This document shows positions 19,617-29,781 of a stretch of 64,000 bases of DNA, piece by piece; positions within the stretch are counted from its first letter, which is position 1; every line of letters starts with the position of its first letter. The position numbers and the translations under genes are program-made. The notes under the pieces were generated by a model that ran no database searches, was not told the origin of the DNA, and worked only from the letters and a program-made list of their open reading frames with translations. The stretch is taken from NCBI GenBank assembly GCA_037444505.1, contig JBBIMH010000013.1:51972-115971 (forward strand), written 5' to 3'. The DNA is from Nitrospirota bacterium (GTDB lineage Bacteria; Nitrospirota; UBA9217).

Positions 19617-20105
19617 ATGAAAAAAGCGGTGTGGTACATAGCGTTTATTTCCGCGCTGGTCGCAGCGGCCTGCGCACCGCCGTTTCCGAAAGAGATGCTC
19701 AGAGATGTAGATCGAGGCATATCTTTCAAGGAGTTGAAAGAGGATCCAGAGAGATTCATGGGCAGCATCGTGCTATTGGGCGGTGTGGTAATCGAGACGC
19801 GGAACTCGAAGGAAGGCACATATGTCGAGATACTTCAGCGCAGGCTCGACTCACAGGCCAGGCCTGTGGAATCGGACGAGACAGAGGGCAGATTCATCGT
19901 GTTCACAAAAGAGTTCCTGGATGCCGCCATCTATCACAGGGGCAGGCGGATCACAGTCATAGGAGAGGTTGCAGGCCAGAGGATGCAATTGCTCGGAGAA
20001 GTCCAGTATCGCTATCCATATATAATTGCGAAGGCCGTTCATCTGTGGGAGCCGTATAGGGGGCCGAGCTTCCATATAGGAATAGGTGTGTGGCGCGCGC
20101 TGTAA
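19617..20105 (+). CDS. Slp/YeaY-family outer-membrane lipoprotein, paralog 2
   Basis: Lipobox AAAC. The FMGSIVLLGGVVIE core is homologous to paralogs 1 and 3. Confidence 0.65.
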   Translation: MKKAVWYIAFISALVAAACAPPFPKEMLRDVDRGISFKELKEDPERFMGSIVLLGGVVIETRNSKEGTYVEILQRRLDSQARPVESDETEGRFIVFTKEFLDAAIYHRGRRITVIGEVAGQRMQLLGEVQYRYPYIIAKAVHLWEPYRGPSFHIGIGVWRAL

Positions 20106-20154
20106 GACATCGGCTGCGAGCCGGTCAATTCCGAGACGAAACAACGAGGATTTT

Positions 20155-21978
20155 ATGAAAAAAGGCACTCAAGTATTCTTCTATCTGATGCTGTTTATCG
20201 CATTGATTAGCATGTTCAGGCTCTTCTCCGTCCCAGTCGAGGAGGAGATACCCTACAGCAAGTTCAAGTTGCTCATAGCTGAAAAGAAAGTGAAGGACAT
20301 TGTGATCACCCCCGAGCTGATCCGAGGGACCATGCTGCCTGAAGGCGACCAAGCGAAAGAGAAGGCCTTCAAAGTGGTGCGCGTGGACGACGTTGATCTC
20401 GTGAAGTCGCTCGAGGCCGCGGGCATCACGTACAAAGGAGAGGTTACGAGCAACTGGTTCAGGGACTTTCTCCTTACATGGATACTTCCGCTCATACTCC
20501 TCTTGGCCATATGGAGTTTCATCTTCAGGCGGATGGGCGCAGGCGGCCCGGGCGAGATGTTCATGAGCTTCGGCAAGTCCAGGGCGAAGATATACGGAGA
20601 GAGCGATGTAAAGGTGACGTTTAACGATGTGGCCGGCGTTGAAGAGGCGAAAGAGGAATTGATCGAGGTGGTTGAGTTCCTTCGGCATCCGGATAAATTC
20701 ACCAAGCTCGGCGGCAGAATACCAAAGGGTGTGCTGCTCGTAGGGCCTCCAGGTACAGGCAAGACCCTTCTCGCAAGGGCTGTGGCGGGCGAAGCGAAGG
20801 TGCCGTTCTTCTCGATGAGCGGCTCTGAATTCGTCGAGATGTTCGTGGGTGTGGGCGCATCGCGGGTGCGCGACCTTTTTCAGCAGGCTGTACAGAAGGC
20901 ACCGTGCATAATATTCATAGACGAGCTCGATGCCCTCGGCCGCGCCCGTGGAATAGGCATCGCAGGAGGCCATGAGGAGCGTGAGCAGACGCTGAATCAG
21001 CTCCTTGCCGAGATGGACGGGTTCGACCCCAAAAAGGGCGTGATAATCATGGCTGCGACAAACAGGCCCGAGATATTAGATCCCGCGCTGCTCAGACCCG
21101 GAAGGTTCGACCGGCATGTGCTTGTCGACAGGCCGAATATCAAGGACCGGGAAGACATATTGAAGATTCATACCCGTGGGGTGAAGCTGTCAAAGAACGT
21201 GGACCTGTCCGTTCTCGCTGCGAGGACGCCAGGATTCGTAGGGGCCGACCTTGCAAACATGGTGAATGAGGCGGCCCTTCTGGCGGCCAGGAAGAACAAG
21301 AACGAGGTGGAGATGTCGGACTTCGAGGCGGCCATCGACCGCATAGTGGCGGGCCTCGAGAAGAAGCGCCGGGTGATGAGCAAACGTGAAAAGGAGATCG
21401 TCGCCTTCCATGAAAGCGGCCACACGATCATCGCAGAGCTGCTGCCAACGACCGACCCGGTGCACAGGGTCTCTATTGTACAGAGGGGCATTGCCGCACT
21501 CGGATACACGCTCCAACTCCCGACAGAAGACAGGCACCTCATGACCAGGACGGAACTTCTGGACAAGCTGTGCGTAATGCTAAGCGGCCGCGTCGCAGAA
21601 GAGATTATATTCAACGAGGTGTCCACAGGCGCGCAGAACGACCTACAGAGGGCTACAGACATAGCGCGTAGCATGGTCACGGAATACGGCATGAGCGAGC
21701 GCTTCGGACCCCTGACCTTCGAAAAGGAGCGGAGACCTTTATTCCTCGACGTGGGCCTTCCTTCGGGACCCAAGGAATACAGCGAGGAGACCGCCCGACA
21801 GATAGACGAAGAAGTGAGGCGGTTCATCGAAGATTCGTACAGGCGAGTGAAGGAGATGCTCACGGCGAATCAGGACAAGCTTAGGTCTCTGGCCGCGGTG
21901 CTGCTCGAAAAGGAGACCTTGGAAGGCGAGGAGATCAGAAAGATACTCGGCATAGAAAAGAAGAAGTCCGCAGAGTGA
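20155..21978 (+). CDS. ftsH: ATP-dependent zinc metalloprotease FtsH
   Basis: N-terminal transmembrane segments, AAA Walker A GPPGTGKT, second region of homology, and the HEXXH zinc site (FHESGHT). The start was chosen at MKKGTQ with its RBS. Confidence 0.95.
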   Translation: MKKGTQVFFYLMLFIALISMFRLFSVPVEEEIPYSKFKLLIAEKKVKDIVITPELIRGTMLPEGDQAKEKAFKVVRVDDVDLVKSLEAAGITYKGEVTSNWFRDFLLTWILPLILLLAIWSFIFRRMGAGGPGEMFMSFGKSRAKIYGESDVKVTFNDVAGVEEAKEELIEVVEFLRHPDKFTKLGGRIPKGVLLVGPPGTGKTLLARAVAGEAKVPFFSMSGSEFVEMFVGVGASRVRDLFQQAVQKAPCIIFIDELDALGRARGIGIAGGHEEREQTLNQLLAEMDGFDPKKGVIIMAATNRPEILDPALLRPGRFDRHVLVDRPNIKDREDILKIHTRGVKLSKNVDLSVLAARTPGFVGADLANMVNEAALLAARKNKNEVEMSDFEAAIDRIVAGLEKKRRVMSKREKEIVAFHESGHTIIAELLPTTDPVHRVSIVQRGIAALGYTLQLPTEDRHLMTRTELLDKLCVMLSGRVAEEIIFNEVSTGAQNDLQRATDIARSMVTEYGMSERFGPLTFEKERRPLFLDVGLPSGPKEYSEETARQIDEEVRRFIEDSYRRVKEMLTANQDKLRSLAAVLLEKETLEGEEIRKILGIEKKKSAE

Positions 21979-21979
21979 T

Positions 21980-22975
21980 TTATTGCCTGAAGAGGGTCCT
22001 GTCCAGATAGACATTCCTGCCGCTATTGCTCTTCTGCGTGTAAGAGCCTGCAAGTGTCCTACCGTCATCGGACAGAGAAAGGTCATAGGTCTCGACCTTC
22101 CAATATCTGGTAACAGTAGTCATCCGCCAGTCGAGAGTGAGTTTCACCTTACGGTCTGTAACGACGAATTCAGGGATCGTGGCCTCTGTATCAGCCCCGC
22201 GCTTAGGCGGCGCCGCCACAAGGTCGCCATTTTCATTTTTGGAAATGGTGAATGCATGCACCGTGACGGTCTCGCCCCTCAGCTCATCCTTATAGTACCA
22301 TGCCCCTTCGAGGCTCGCAGCCTTTGCCTTGAGCTCCGTAGGAATTGCAGCGATCTTGAGCCTCTTGACGGGTTCTATCGAGAGCCTTGGAAGGCCAGGT
22401 GTCTGCTCCTTCGCGGCCACTGCCTGCGAAGCACGGCCTGCTGCAACCTCTTCCACATCCACCTCAAGTGCATATATCTGGTTTTTCACTTCCCGTGCGT
22501 TCTTCGCATTGGGAGCGGCTAAAAGATAGAGCTTCAGGCTCTGAATCGCCTCGGCATAGAGCCCTGCCTTTTCTTGCGCAACACCGAGGTTGTAATATGC
22601 GGTCGCAAGCCAAGGCGCTGCATCCGCAGCCGCCTGGAACTCGTCAATAGCCTTCTTGTAGGCCGTTGCATCAGTCGCCTTCGTAAAGAAGGCAACCCCT
22701 CTTACAATATGCCGCTCCGCTTCCTCGGAGATAGTGGGTGCAGGTTTCATTTTGAGTGCGGTCTTTATGATCTTCTCTCTGAGTGCAATATCATCAGGAC
22801 TCCGCCTTAGCTCTTCAGTAAGCTGCCTAAGCTGCTTATTGCTATCACCCGAGGAGACACCTGGCCAGAGACCGACGCAAACAATAGTCAATAGAAGGAC
22901 TGCATGTCTAAGCACATGAATAAACATTTCCCCATCCACCCTGTTCATGAAAAGATTCCGCGCCCAGCGCCGCAA
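21980..22975 (-). CDS. Secreted TPR-containing hypothetical protein
   Basis: Signal-like N-terminus followed by a TPR-like region. Start uncertain among three in-frame Met codons. Confidence 0.55.
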   Translation of the reverse strand: MRRWARNLFMNRVDGEMFIHVLRHAVLLLTIVCVGLWPGVSSGDSNKQLRQLTEELRRSPDDIALREKIIKTALKMKPAPTISEEAERHIVRGVAFFTKATDATAYKKAIDEFQAAADAAPWLATAYYNLGVAQEKAGLYAEAIQSLKLYLLAAPNAKNAREVKNQIYALEVDVEEVAAGRASQAVAAKEQTPGLPRLSIEPVKRLKIAAIPTELKAKAASLEGAWYYKDELRGETVTVHAFTISKNENGDLVAAPPKRGADTEATIPEFVVTDRKVKLTLDWRMTTVTRYWKVETYDLSLSDDGRTLAGSYTQKSNSGRNVYLDRTLFRQ

Positions 22976-23360
22976 GCTAACATCCTTTTATTTCTTTGAA
23001 TAAATCCACAGCCGCAGCGCTCTCACAAAAAAATTATAACTAAAACCTTCCGCTGAGTCAAGGCCCTTGGAGTACATCGTCAAGACAAAATTGAGATACG
23101 ATTCAGGTCCTCTCATAGTCTTTTTTTTATCAAGGGAAGACGAGAGATGACGCAATGAGCGTTTCTTTGTTTCATCGCTGCATATCCTGAAGTGGAAGGC
23201 TGTATTTCATCTGAAGAAACTCTTAAAGACACAACCTAAGAGCTGCATCGAGAAACAAGGAAGGCGCCCAACAGAGACCGAAAAGGAAGATGAAACGGCC
23301 TGAGAGACGGCCATGCCTGGTTTCGATATTCCGAGACCAGGCACGGCCCAGTCTAATATC

Positions 23361-23912
23361 TCAAAAATATAGATTCAAACCCGCAGCAACTGTTAACACG
23401 TCCCCATCCAGTTTAGGGCTGAGTGTATAAGTCACACCACCCGTCTCTGTTTCGTCATAGCTGATGAAACGATAGATACCGGCAAGATTCAACGCTACTT
23501 GTTGATTGAAGAAATGCTCAAGTCCCACTCCAAGATTAAACCCGCTGCCCGTCAATTTGGCTGAAGGATCTTCTAAGGTATACGCCCCGAGGCCTATCAA
23601 TGCATATACTTGATCCGGATCATTGGTCTGGGAAAAGGATATCCTCGCATCCACAGAAGCACCTGATAAATCGACATCTATATAACCGGTTGCCGAATGT
23701 GTTGACTTGAAAATATTTCCCTCAATTGCTATAGAGCCGAAATTATAACCAACCTTTATTCCAAGACCACCTGCTGAATCGTAATAATCAAAATCCGACC
23801 CTTGAATTGTATTATATACCAGATCAGCCCCCAGATACACCCCCTCCTTCGCCATCGCCGGGGTGGCGATGAGCGCTGCTGCCAGTACCGACAAAACCAG
23901 AAGCTTCTTCAT
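23361..23912 (-). CDS. Small outer-membrane beta-barrel protein (OmpW/OmpA-N-like)
   Basis: Signal peptide MKKLLVLSVLAAALIATPAMA, alternating hydrophobic beta-strands, C-terminal Phe. Confidence 0.7.
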   Translation of the reverse strand: MKKLLVLSVLAAALIATPAMAKEGVYLGADLVYNTIQGSDFDYYDSAGGLGIKVGYNFGSIAIEGNIFKSTHSATGYIDVDLSGASVDARISFSQTNDPDQVYALIGLGAYTLEDPSAKLTGSGFNLGVGLEHFFNQQVALNLAGIYRFISYDETETGGVTYTLSPKLDGDVLTVAAGLNLYF

Positions 23913-24177
23913 GGAAATCTCCTTTCTTTTTTTAAGTTAAAAAACATGGTCAGAATATAGCAAATCCAGCGGTACTGTCAAGGTAATATTATCCGGCGCT
24001 AAATCAAAAGTTTGCCACAAAGAACTTCAGGGTGCTTTGTCGAGCCGCTTCATGGCGACAAAGAAAATCGATCGGTTTAGCTTGTGAGCTCAGTTAACTG
24101 GGCGAATTTCGTGTCTGCGACGAAAGATTTTGATAATAAGAATATAACAAGGTAGTCCGGCATATTTATAAATGCCA

Positions 24178-24206
24178 CTGATTGGGCGGTCTGCATAAGA
24201 AACCGC
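24178..24206 (-). terminator. Putative Rho-independent terminator downstream of Slp paralog 3
   Basis: On the minus strand CCGCC-ctatgcgtggta-GGCGG is followed by TTTCTTAT. Confidence 0.4.
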
Positions 24207-24764
24207 CTACCACGCATAGGGCGGCGGATAGAGTCTCCATCTCGTGTCCCACCATGGGTCGTACCACCATGGAGGGTATCTGTAGTACCAGGGATATGGA
24301 GGGTACGGGTAATAGTCCCTGTGCTCTTCCCATAGATAGAGCTCGGAGATCTCGAAGACAGGATAGACATATTCCATCTCGTCTATCTTGCCTTTTCTCA
24401 GCTCCACGAAGACGCCCGCAAATGTAATCTCGCGCCCTTTTCTGTAGATGACTGGGTCGAGCAAACCTTTATCCTTTGAATAAAGCGCCAGCACCCTGCC
24501 CTCGTACGGCCTGTCATACCTGAGATAGCCATAGCGGTCGACCTCTACTGCCAATGCCTCGATGAGTGAACCCTTTTCAGTGACCTTCGTCTCCACGATC
24601 ATTCCGCCCAGCACGAAAAGCCTGCCCTTCCATGCCTCCGGCGATTCCCTGAGCTGAGAAAGCGAAACGTCCCGATGTGCCTCCCTCATGGCCTGACTGC
24701 TCAAGACCGGAGCGCAGCCGAAAAGGAGCAGCAGGGCTGATATGAAGTACAGCATCTTCATCAT
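24207..24764 (-). CDS. Slp/YeaY-family lipoprotein, paralog 3, with an aromatic/proline-rich C-terminal tail
   Basis: Lipobox LLFGCAP and core WKGRLFVLGGMIVE. The C-terminus is YYPYPPYPWYYRYPPWWYDPWWDTRWRLYPPPYAW. The start was chosen at MMKML. Confidence 0.6.
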   Translation of the reverse strand: MMKMLYFISALLLLFGCAPVLSSQAMREAHRDVSLSQLRESPEAWKGRLFVLGGMIVETKVTEKGSLIEALAVEVDRYGYLRYDRPYEGRVLALYSKDKGLLDPVIYRKGREITFAGVFVELRKGKIDEMEYVYPVFEISELYLWEEHRDYYPYPPYPWYYRYPPWWYDPWWDTRWRLYPPPYAW

Positions 24765-24863
24765 ATCTATAATTGTACCACCTCGGCTTTTTGCTTGTCC
24801 GGTCGCGACAACGCTTTTATCTTTCAATAAACTGGAAAGGTTTCGTCCTGTGTGACAGCCACG

Positions 24864-25292
24864 CTATGTGTCGTGTCTGCCGAACTTCTTCTGTCTGAAT
24901 CCGTTAAGCGACACGACCTGTGCGCCTGTGCTATCTTGATCCCCCTCTTGATCAATATGCACCGGAGCCTGCCCCATGTCCGTCCTCACGAACTGCACAC
25001 TCGCCTCGGGCGAGAATACGGACACTATATCATCGTGGTGAATGAATACGTCTTCCCTTCTGGCGCCAAAGGCGAGCACGCACGACATGTTTCCTTCTTC
25101 ATCCCAATCGAGCTTGTTGTTCGTCCTGTTGTTGAAGACCAAAACGAGGCCCCGTTGTTTTTCTTCGTTAGAAAAACCACGCTTGCCGATGACCGTCCTG
25201 TCAGAGTACTTCACGAGTATATAGACAGAGCCGAAGTCATTCCAAATGTCATAGAACAGTCTCTGGAGGTATTCCACCTGCTTTTTCATCAA
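24864..25292 (-). CDS. SspB-like ClpXP adaptor (stringent starvation protein B family)
   Basis: LQRLFYDIWNDF..VLVFN..AFGARREDVFI parallels SspB LLRAFYEWL..VLNI..ARFGG. Moderate similarity. Confidence 0.5.
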   Translation of the reverse strand: MMKKQVEYLQRLFYDIWNDFGSVYILVKYSDRTVIGKRGFSNEEKQRGLVLVFNNRTNNKLDWDEEGNMSCVLAFGARREDVFIHHDDIVSVFSPEASVQFVRTDMGQAPVHIDQEGDQDSTGAQVVSLNGFRQKKFGRHDT

Positions 25293-25316
25293 ACCGCCTG
25301 TCTCAAACTGGGTGTG

Positions 25317-25742
25317 TTATTTCGCCTCTGTCTTTACGAGGTCAAGGGTCTTTTTGGCATCCGGGATCAGGCCGCTATCCGGATACTGCTTCATGAATTC
25401 TTCGAGCTCTTTGACCGCAGAGGCGCTGTCGCCTGAAGCGGCGATGTCCACTGCTTTCTTGAACTTACTGAGCTCCTCTTCGGTAACTACCTCCTCTCCC
25501 TTTTTCCCCTTCCAGTAGAGCTTGACCTGGCCATCCTCTTTCGCTCCCCTTACACCTGCGACACCTGTTGTGACATGAAGCGACTTCTTGGGCATAATCT
25601 GCTCTATCTTCTTCTGAAGGGCCTTCAGCCACTCCGAGATAGCAGCCCCCTGGCCATGCTGTTGCTGGTCTTCTGCAAAGGCAGCCCCGCAGAAGGCGAC
25701 AACAACGCCAAGGATAGTCAGTTTTCTTATCATATAAGCCAC
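25317..25742 (-). CDS. Secreted hypothetical protein (141 aa)
   Basis: Signal peptide MIRKLTILGVVVAFCGAAFA. Charged helical mature region. Confidence 0.5.
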   Translation of the reverse strand: MAYMIRKLTILGVVVAFCGAAFAEDQQQHGQGAAISEWLKALQKKIEQIMPKKSLHVTTGVAGVRGAKEDGQVKLYWKGKKGEEVVTEEELSKFKKAVDIAASGDSASAVKELEEFMKQYPDSGLIPDAKKTLDLVKTEAK

Positions 25743-25788
25743 CTCCCTCTCTTTGAACTACACATCGAGAGCAGACGCATCTCCTCGA

Positions 25789-28700
25789 TCACTTGCCGAC
25801 CCCAAGGCCTGTAGTCAGATCTGTGTACTGTCTCAAGACCCTCGGATCTATGTCAGCCGCCTGGAGGAATACTTTTTTCGCCTCTTCCTTTTTGCCCATC
25901 AGCATAAGGACCCTGGCGAGATTGCACATAATGCCAGGGTCGTCAAGAGAAGACTTGAGCGCGGACTCGTACGCCTGTCTTGCGTCATCGAGCCTTTCTT
26001 GAAGCAGGCTGATATTGCCGATATTGTTCAGTGCAATCGGATTAGTCTTGTCTATGGAAAGCATCCTCTGGAACTGCTCGAGCGCCTCTGTGTAGAGGCC
26101 GTTCTCTCCGTAGAGTATGCCGAGCTGACCCAGGGCATGGATGTCATCTGGGTTCTTCTTGAGCGCCTCTGTGTATTCGGCAGAAAGATAGGAAAGCCTC
26201 TGTCTCGCCAGTGACTCGAGCTCTCCCTTGAACCTCGCCTCGATCTCCTGCCGAGTAACCTTGATGGCTCTGCTTTCTGCGCCGGGGAGCGTGACGGGCT
26301 TGAACTCCTCCCAGGCCTTCTGTATCTCTATTATCTCGAGCCCCTTCTTTGCGGACCAATCTCTATACTGCTCCGCTCCTTTCTGCCATGCCTTTGTGAA
26401 CGATGAGCCCACAAGCGTCATCTCCACAGGTATCCATACGAATCCTCTGTGCACGACCAGTCTTTCATCAGGGAAGCCGAGCGTCTTCTTTTCGGCCTCC
26501 GTGACGCCGGTATTGAAGATAACGAATACATGGCCGGGCACGTCAACAAGCGCAGCAGCAATACCGATGTTCTCCAGTGCAGCGGCGAACAGGACCGACA
26601 GGTCATCGCAGTCTCCGCTCTTTCTGTTTATCGTGTCCCTCGGGTATTGCAAATAATCCACGCGGGCCGTATTCTCGGAAAATTCCTGATACGGACTCGT
26701 GGGATCCACGATATACGACAACCCATAGATCCCGAGGGCTGCGAACAACGCGCGTCCGTAGACGATGTTGGCGTGCAGGTTCGGATATGCATCCACATAC
26801 TGCTGTACCACTGACCTGCTGAAGTCCGCTACTATGGGGTCGCGCGGGGTCACGAATGCCGCCGCCTTTTCCTTCCTGTCCCACGTCATGGCATGCCGCT
26901 CATAAAGGGTTATCGGAAATGAGCGGGCAACTGTGCGCGGCTCGCCTGCAACGTGATATGTCAGAGATATCTCGCTTTGGACCGATGTGTTCTCCGTTAT
27001 GTCGAGAATGCGGTTGCAGAATACCGGCTTGATGTCGAAGACCATCTCCTGCTTAGGCGGAATCTGCTCTATTTCTATCTCTGTCGGGTAATCCATTATC
27101 CTTTTTATGGTGAAACCGAGCTTCACCTTGGGATAGACACTGTCTGTATTGTTCCTTATGGCGACCCTTCCGAGGGGCCTTACCTCATAGTGCTTGTATG
27201 CAGAGGCGAATATCTCACCCATCTCAACCTTTGCGATCTCAAGAGGCGGTACTGTAAGGGATGCCTTCGGCGTGGTTGCGAAGACCACCTCGCTCGGCTG
27301 GCTCTCGTCTCCTTCTTTGCCGACGGCCGTTATCTGGTAGTAATAGAGGGTCTCGTCCGCCAGAGGGCTGTCCACGAACACTGTCTTGTCAGACTTCTGC
27401 AAAAGCTCGAATCCCGACGAAAGCTGCCTGGTCCTGTAGATATTATAGTGGCTTACAAACGGCTCTGTATTCGGCAGCCATGCCAGTGTAATCTGTTTTT
27501 CTGTCGCCTGTATCTGGGGTTTCTTCGGCGAAGAGGGAACGAGCCTCGGGGTGACAGCGGATACGGTTTCGGACAAGGCGCTCTCGTTTCCCGAAGAGGC
27601 CTTGCTGCTTATTCTATAGTGAAAGGCGCGGTTGCTAGGAAGGTTTCTGTCTATATAGAACGGCTCTGTACTCGTTGCAATAAGCCTGAATTCATCTCCG
27701 GGTGATTCCGCGCGAAAGATCCTGTATTGCTCGAGATATGTCTCCTGATTCGGCCTCCAGCTCAATTGTATCTCGTTCACCCTACCCTGGGCAGCGACAC
27801 CTTGCGGCACGGATGGAGTATGCCTAAGGATGAATACCTGGACGCGGTTGTTCCCGCTGTCTCCAACATACAGTCTTATCCCTTCTTCGAGCGCCATGCC
27901 GCGCGGAGAGCGGAATTCGCCCGGTCCCTTGCCTCTGCTCCCGAATTTTCTCAAGTACTTTCCGGTCGTCGCATCGAAGACCTGTATCCGAGAATTCCCA
28001 GAATCGAGGACATATATCTCATCGTCGGCGGAGACTATTATACTCTCGGGTTTATCGAACTGGCCTGGACCGCTGCCGGTCTTTCCGACCTCCCACAAGA
28101 GCACCCCTGTGTCGTCGTATTTCGCAATACGGTCGTTGCCGCGATCGACGACATATATATTCTCATGCGCATCCACTGCAAGATCAACAGGCTCCCACAA
28201 CTGACCAGTAAGTCTGCCGGGCTTACCGAATGCGCCTAGGAACATGCCCTTCGGGCTAAACACCTGGATGCGTCTGTTGCCTGTATCTGCAACGCAGATA
28301 TTTCCCCTCGGACTGATTGCAACGGCCCAGGGAGATTCGAACTCTCCCTCGCCTGTTCCGGGCTTTCCGATTACCTGAAGGAGGTTTCCCTCGAGGCTGA
28401 ATTTCTGAAGCCTGTCATTGCCGGTATCCGCCACCCAGAAATTGCCCCTACCGTCCACAGCGATTCCGTGAGGCTTTCTGAGGCGGCCGGGTTCTGAGCC
28501 TGTCTGGCCTATCTTTCTGCCGTCAATCACACCCACTGCAACGAGTGCATCTTCGACTATCCCCCACGCCCTCTTTTCGAATGCGATGCCGCTTATCCCT
28601 CCGTGCGGCAATGGGATCTCCTTCAACAGCCCCACGGATGCAAGCGGCGAAGCCTTCGATAGAGGCACAGCATCGCCCTTCTCGCATGCGAATATCTGGA

Positions 28701-29601
28701 GCGTATTTTTTCTGGAATCGAGCACATAGACATTGGCCTCCTCATCAACGTCTATGCCACGAGGCTCGCGGAACTGGCCCGGTCCGTCTCCTTCCGTGCC
28801 GAGCGAGCCAAGGAGCCTTCCCTGGAAATCGAACTTCTTGAGCTTGAAATTCTCCGTATCAGAAACGAATATCCGTCCGTATATATCGACCGCAATACCC
28901 GAGGGCTCGTTGAATCCGTCCGTCCCATTGCCCTTCGTTCCGAAGGAGTTGATCTGGCCTCCGGAGGCGTCGAATATACGCACGCGTCCGGCCTTGGAAT
29001 CGAGTACATATATCCTGTTCTGCCGGTCCACAGCGACATCTATCGGCCCTTTCATCACGTCCGTCTTTGTTCGGAAAGTAATCTCGCCTAGGTATATGCC
29101 GTCAACAGTGAGGGTCTGCACCCTTTCATTATCGGTATCCGCAACATACAGAATGCCCTTGGACACGTCTATGCCGGATGGATTGCTGAATTGCTTGGGG
29201 CCTGAGCCTTTCCCGCCGATGCTCCTGATGAATGCTCCGTCTTGAGTAAAGACCTGTATACGGCTATTTCCGCTGTCCGCTACATACACCATGCCGTCTT
29301 CGTCAACGGCGATCCCGGACGGCGCCTTGAACTGGCCGTTCCTATCCCCCTTAGAACCCCAACTCTGGATCGTCTTTCCGTTTCTGTCCAGGACGAGTAT
29401 GCGGTTTGCGTCCGTATCCGCAATATAGAGTCTGCCGTGTGTGACTACAATCCCCCTCGGCCCGTTCATGAGCCGTTGCCCTGCAGGCCTCCCATATTCG
29501 CCGATCTCTTTAATAAACTCTATTTGCTGATAGGAAAATGCAGGAACCGCGAGGATGGACAGGCAGAGCAGGATGATAATAAGGTATGCCAAGCGAAGCA
29601 T
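25789..29601 (-). CDS. Giant secreted protein: NHL-repeat beta-propellers + two fibronectin-III-like domains + transglutaminase-like core + C-terminal TPR
   Basis: Signal peptide. Eleven or more NHL-type repeats (GQF..P.GIAVD..G..YVAD). fn3-like segments. A transglutaminase-like core (GDCDDLSVLFAAAL..GHVFV..WIPVE). TPR tail. Confidence 0.75.
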   Translation of the reverse strand: MLRLAYLIIILLCLSILAVPAFSYQQIEFIKEIGEYGRPAGQRLMNGPRGIVVTHGRLYIADTDANRILVLDRNGKTIQSWGSKGDRNGQFKAPSGIAVDEDGMVYVADSGNSRIQVFTQDGAFIRSIGGKGSGPKQFSNPSGIDVSKGILYVADTDNERVQTLTVDGIYLGEITFRTKTDVMKGPIDVAVDRQNRIYVLDSKAGRVRIFDASGGQINSFGTKGNGTDGFNEPSGIAVDIYGRIFVSDTENFKLKKFDFQGRLLGSLGTEGDGPGQFREPRGIDVDEEANVYVLDSRKNTLQIFACEKGDAVPLSKASPLASVGLLKEIPLPHGGISGIAFEKRAWGIVEDALVAVGVIDGRKIGQTGSEPGRLRKPHGIAVDGRGNFWVADTGNDRLQKFSLEGNLLQVIGKPGTGEGEFESPWAVAISPRGNICVADTGNRRIQVFSPKGMFLGAFGKPGRLTGQLWEPVDLAVDAHENIYVVDRGNDRIAKYDDTGVLLWEVGKTGSGPGQFDKPESIIVSADDEIYVLDSGNSRIQVFDATTGKYLRKFGSRGKGPGEFRSPRGMALEEGIRLYVGDSGNNRVQVFILRHTPSVPQGVAAQGRVNEIQLSWRPNQETYLEQYRIFRAESPGDEFRLIATSTEPFYIDRNLPSNRAFHYRISSKASSGNESALSETVSAVTPRLVPSSPKKPQIQATEKQITLAWLPNTEPFVSHYNIYRTRQLSSGFELLQKSDKTVFVDSPLADETLYYYQITAVGKEGDESQPSEVVFATTPKASLTVPPLEIAKVEMGEIFASAYKHYEVRPLGRVAIRNNTDSVYPKVKLGFTIKRIMDYPTEIEIEQIPPKQEMVFDIKPVFCNRILDITENTSVQSEISLTYHVAGEPRTVARSFPITLYERHAMTWDRKEKAAAFVTPRDPIVADFSRSVVQQYVDAYPNLHANIVYGRALFAALGIYGLSYIVDPTSPYQEFSENTARVDYLQYPRDTINRKSGDCDDLSVLFAAALENIGIAAALVDVPGHVFVIFNTGVTEAEKKTLGFPDERLVVHRGFVWIPVEMTLVGSSFTKAWQKGAEQYRDWSAKKGLEIIEIQKAWEEFKPVTLPGAESRAIKVTRQEIEARFKGELESLARQRLSYLSAEYTEALKKNPDDIHALGQLGILYGENGLYTEALEQFQRMLSIDKTNPIALNNIGNISLLQERLDDARQAYESALKSSLDDPGIMCNLARVLMLMGKKEEAKKVFLQAADIDPRVLRQYTDLTTGLGVGK

Positions 29602-29781
29602 ATGATACCTCCAAGGGCCTTAAAAAGCGCTGCTGCGACGGAAAACATCTACAGAATGATTATAGCATGATTATCTGCGAATCAAGAAAATTATGTGCTA
29701 CATTTTTTTAATTGTCAAGGTATTTTTCCCTTGCATGTTGCGACATGCTGCAACAACGGTATGCGGAAGCCTTCGAAGCGC

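Noticed and set aside
20125-20973. 282-aa minus-strand ORF
   Set aside because: Antisense inside ftsH, whose identity is unambiguous.
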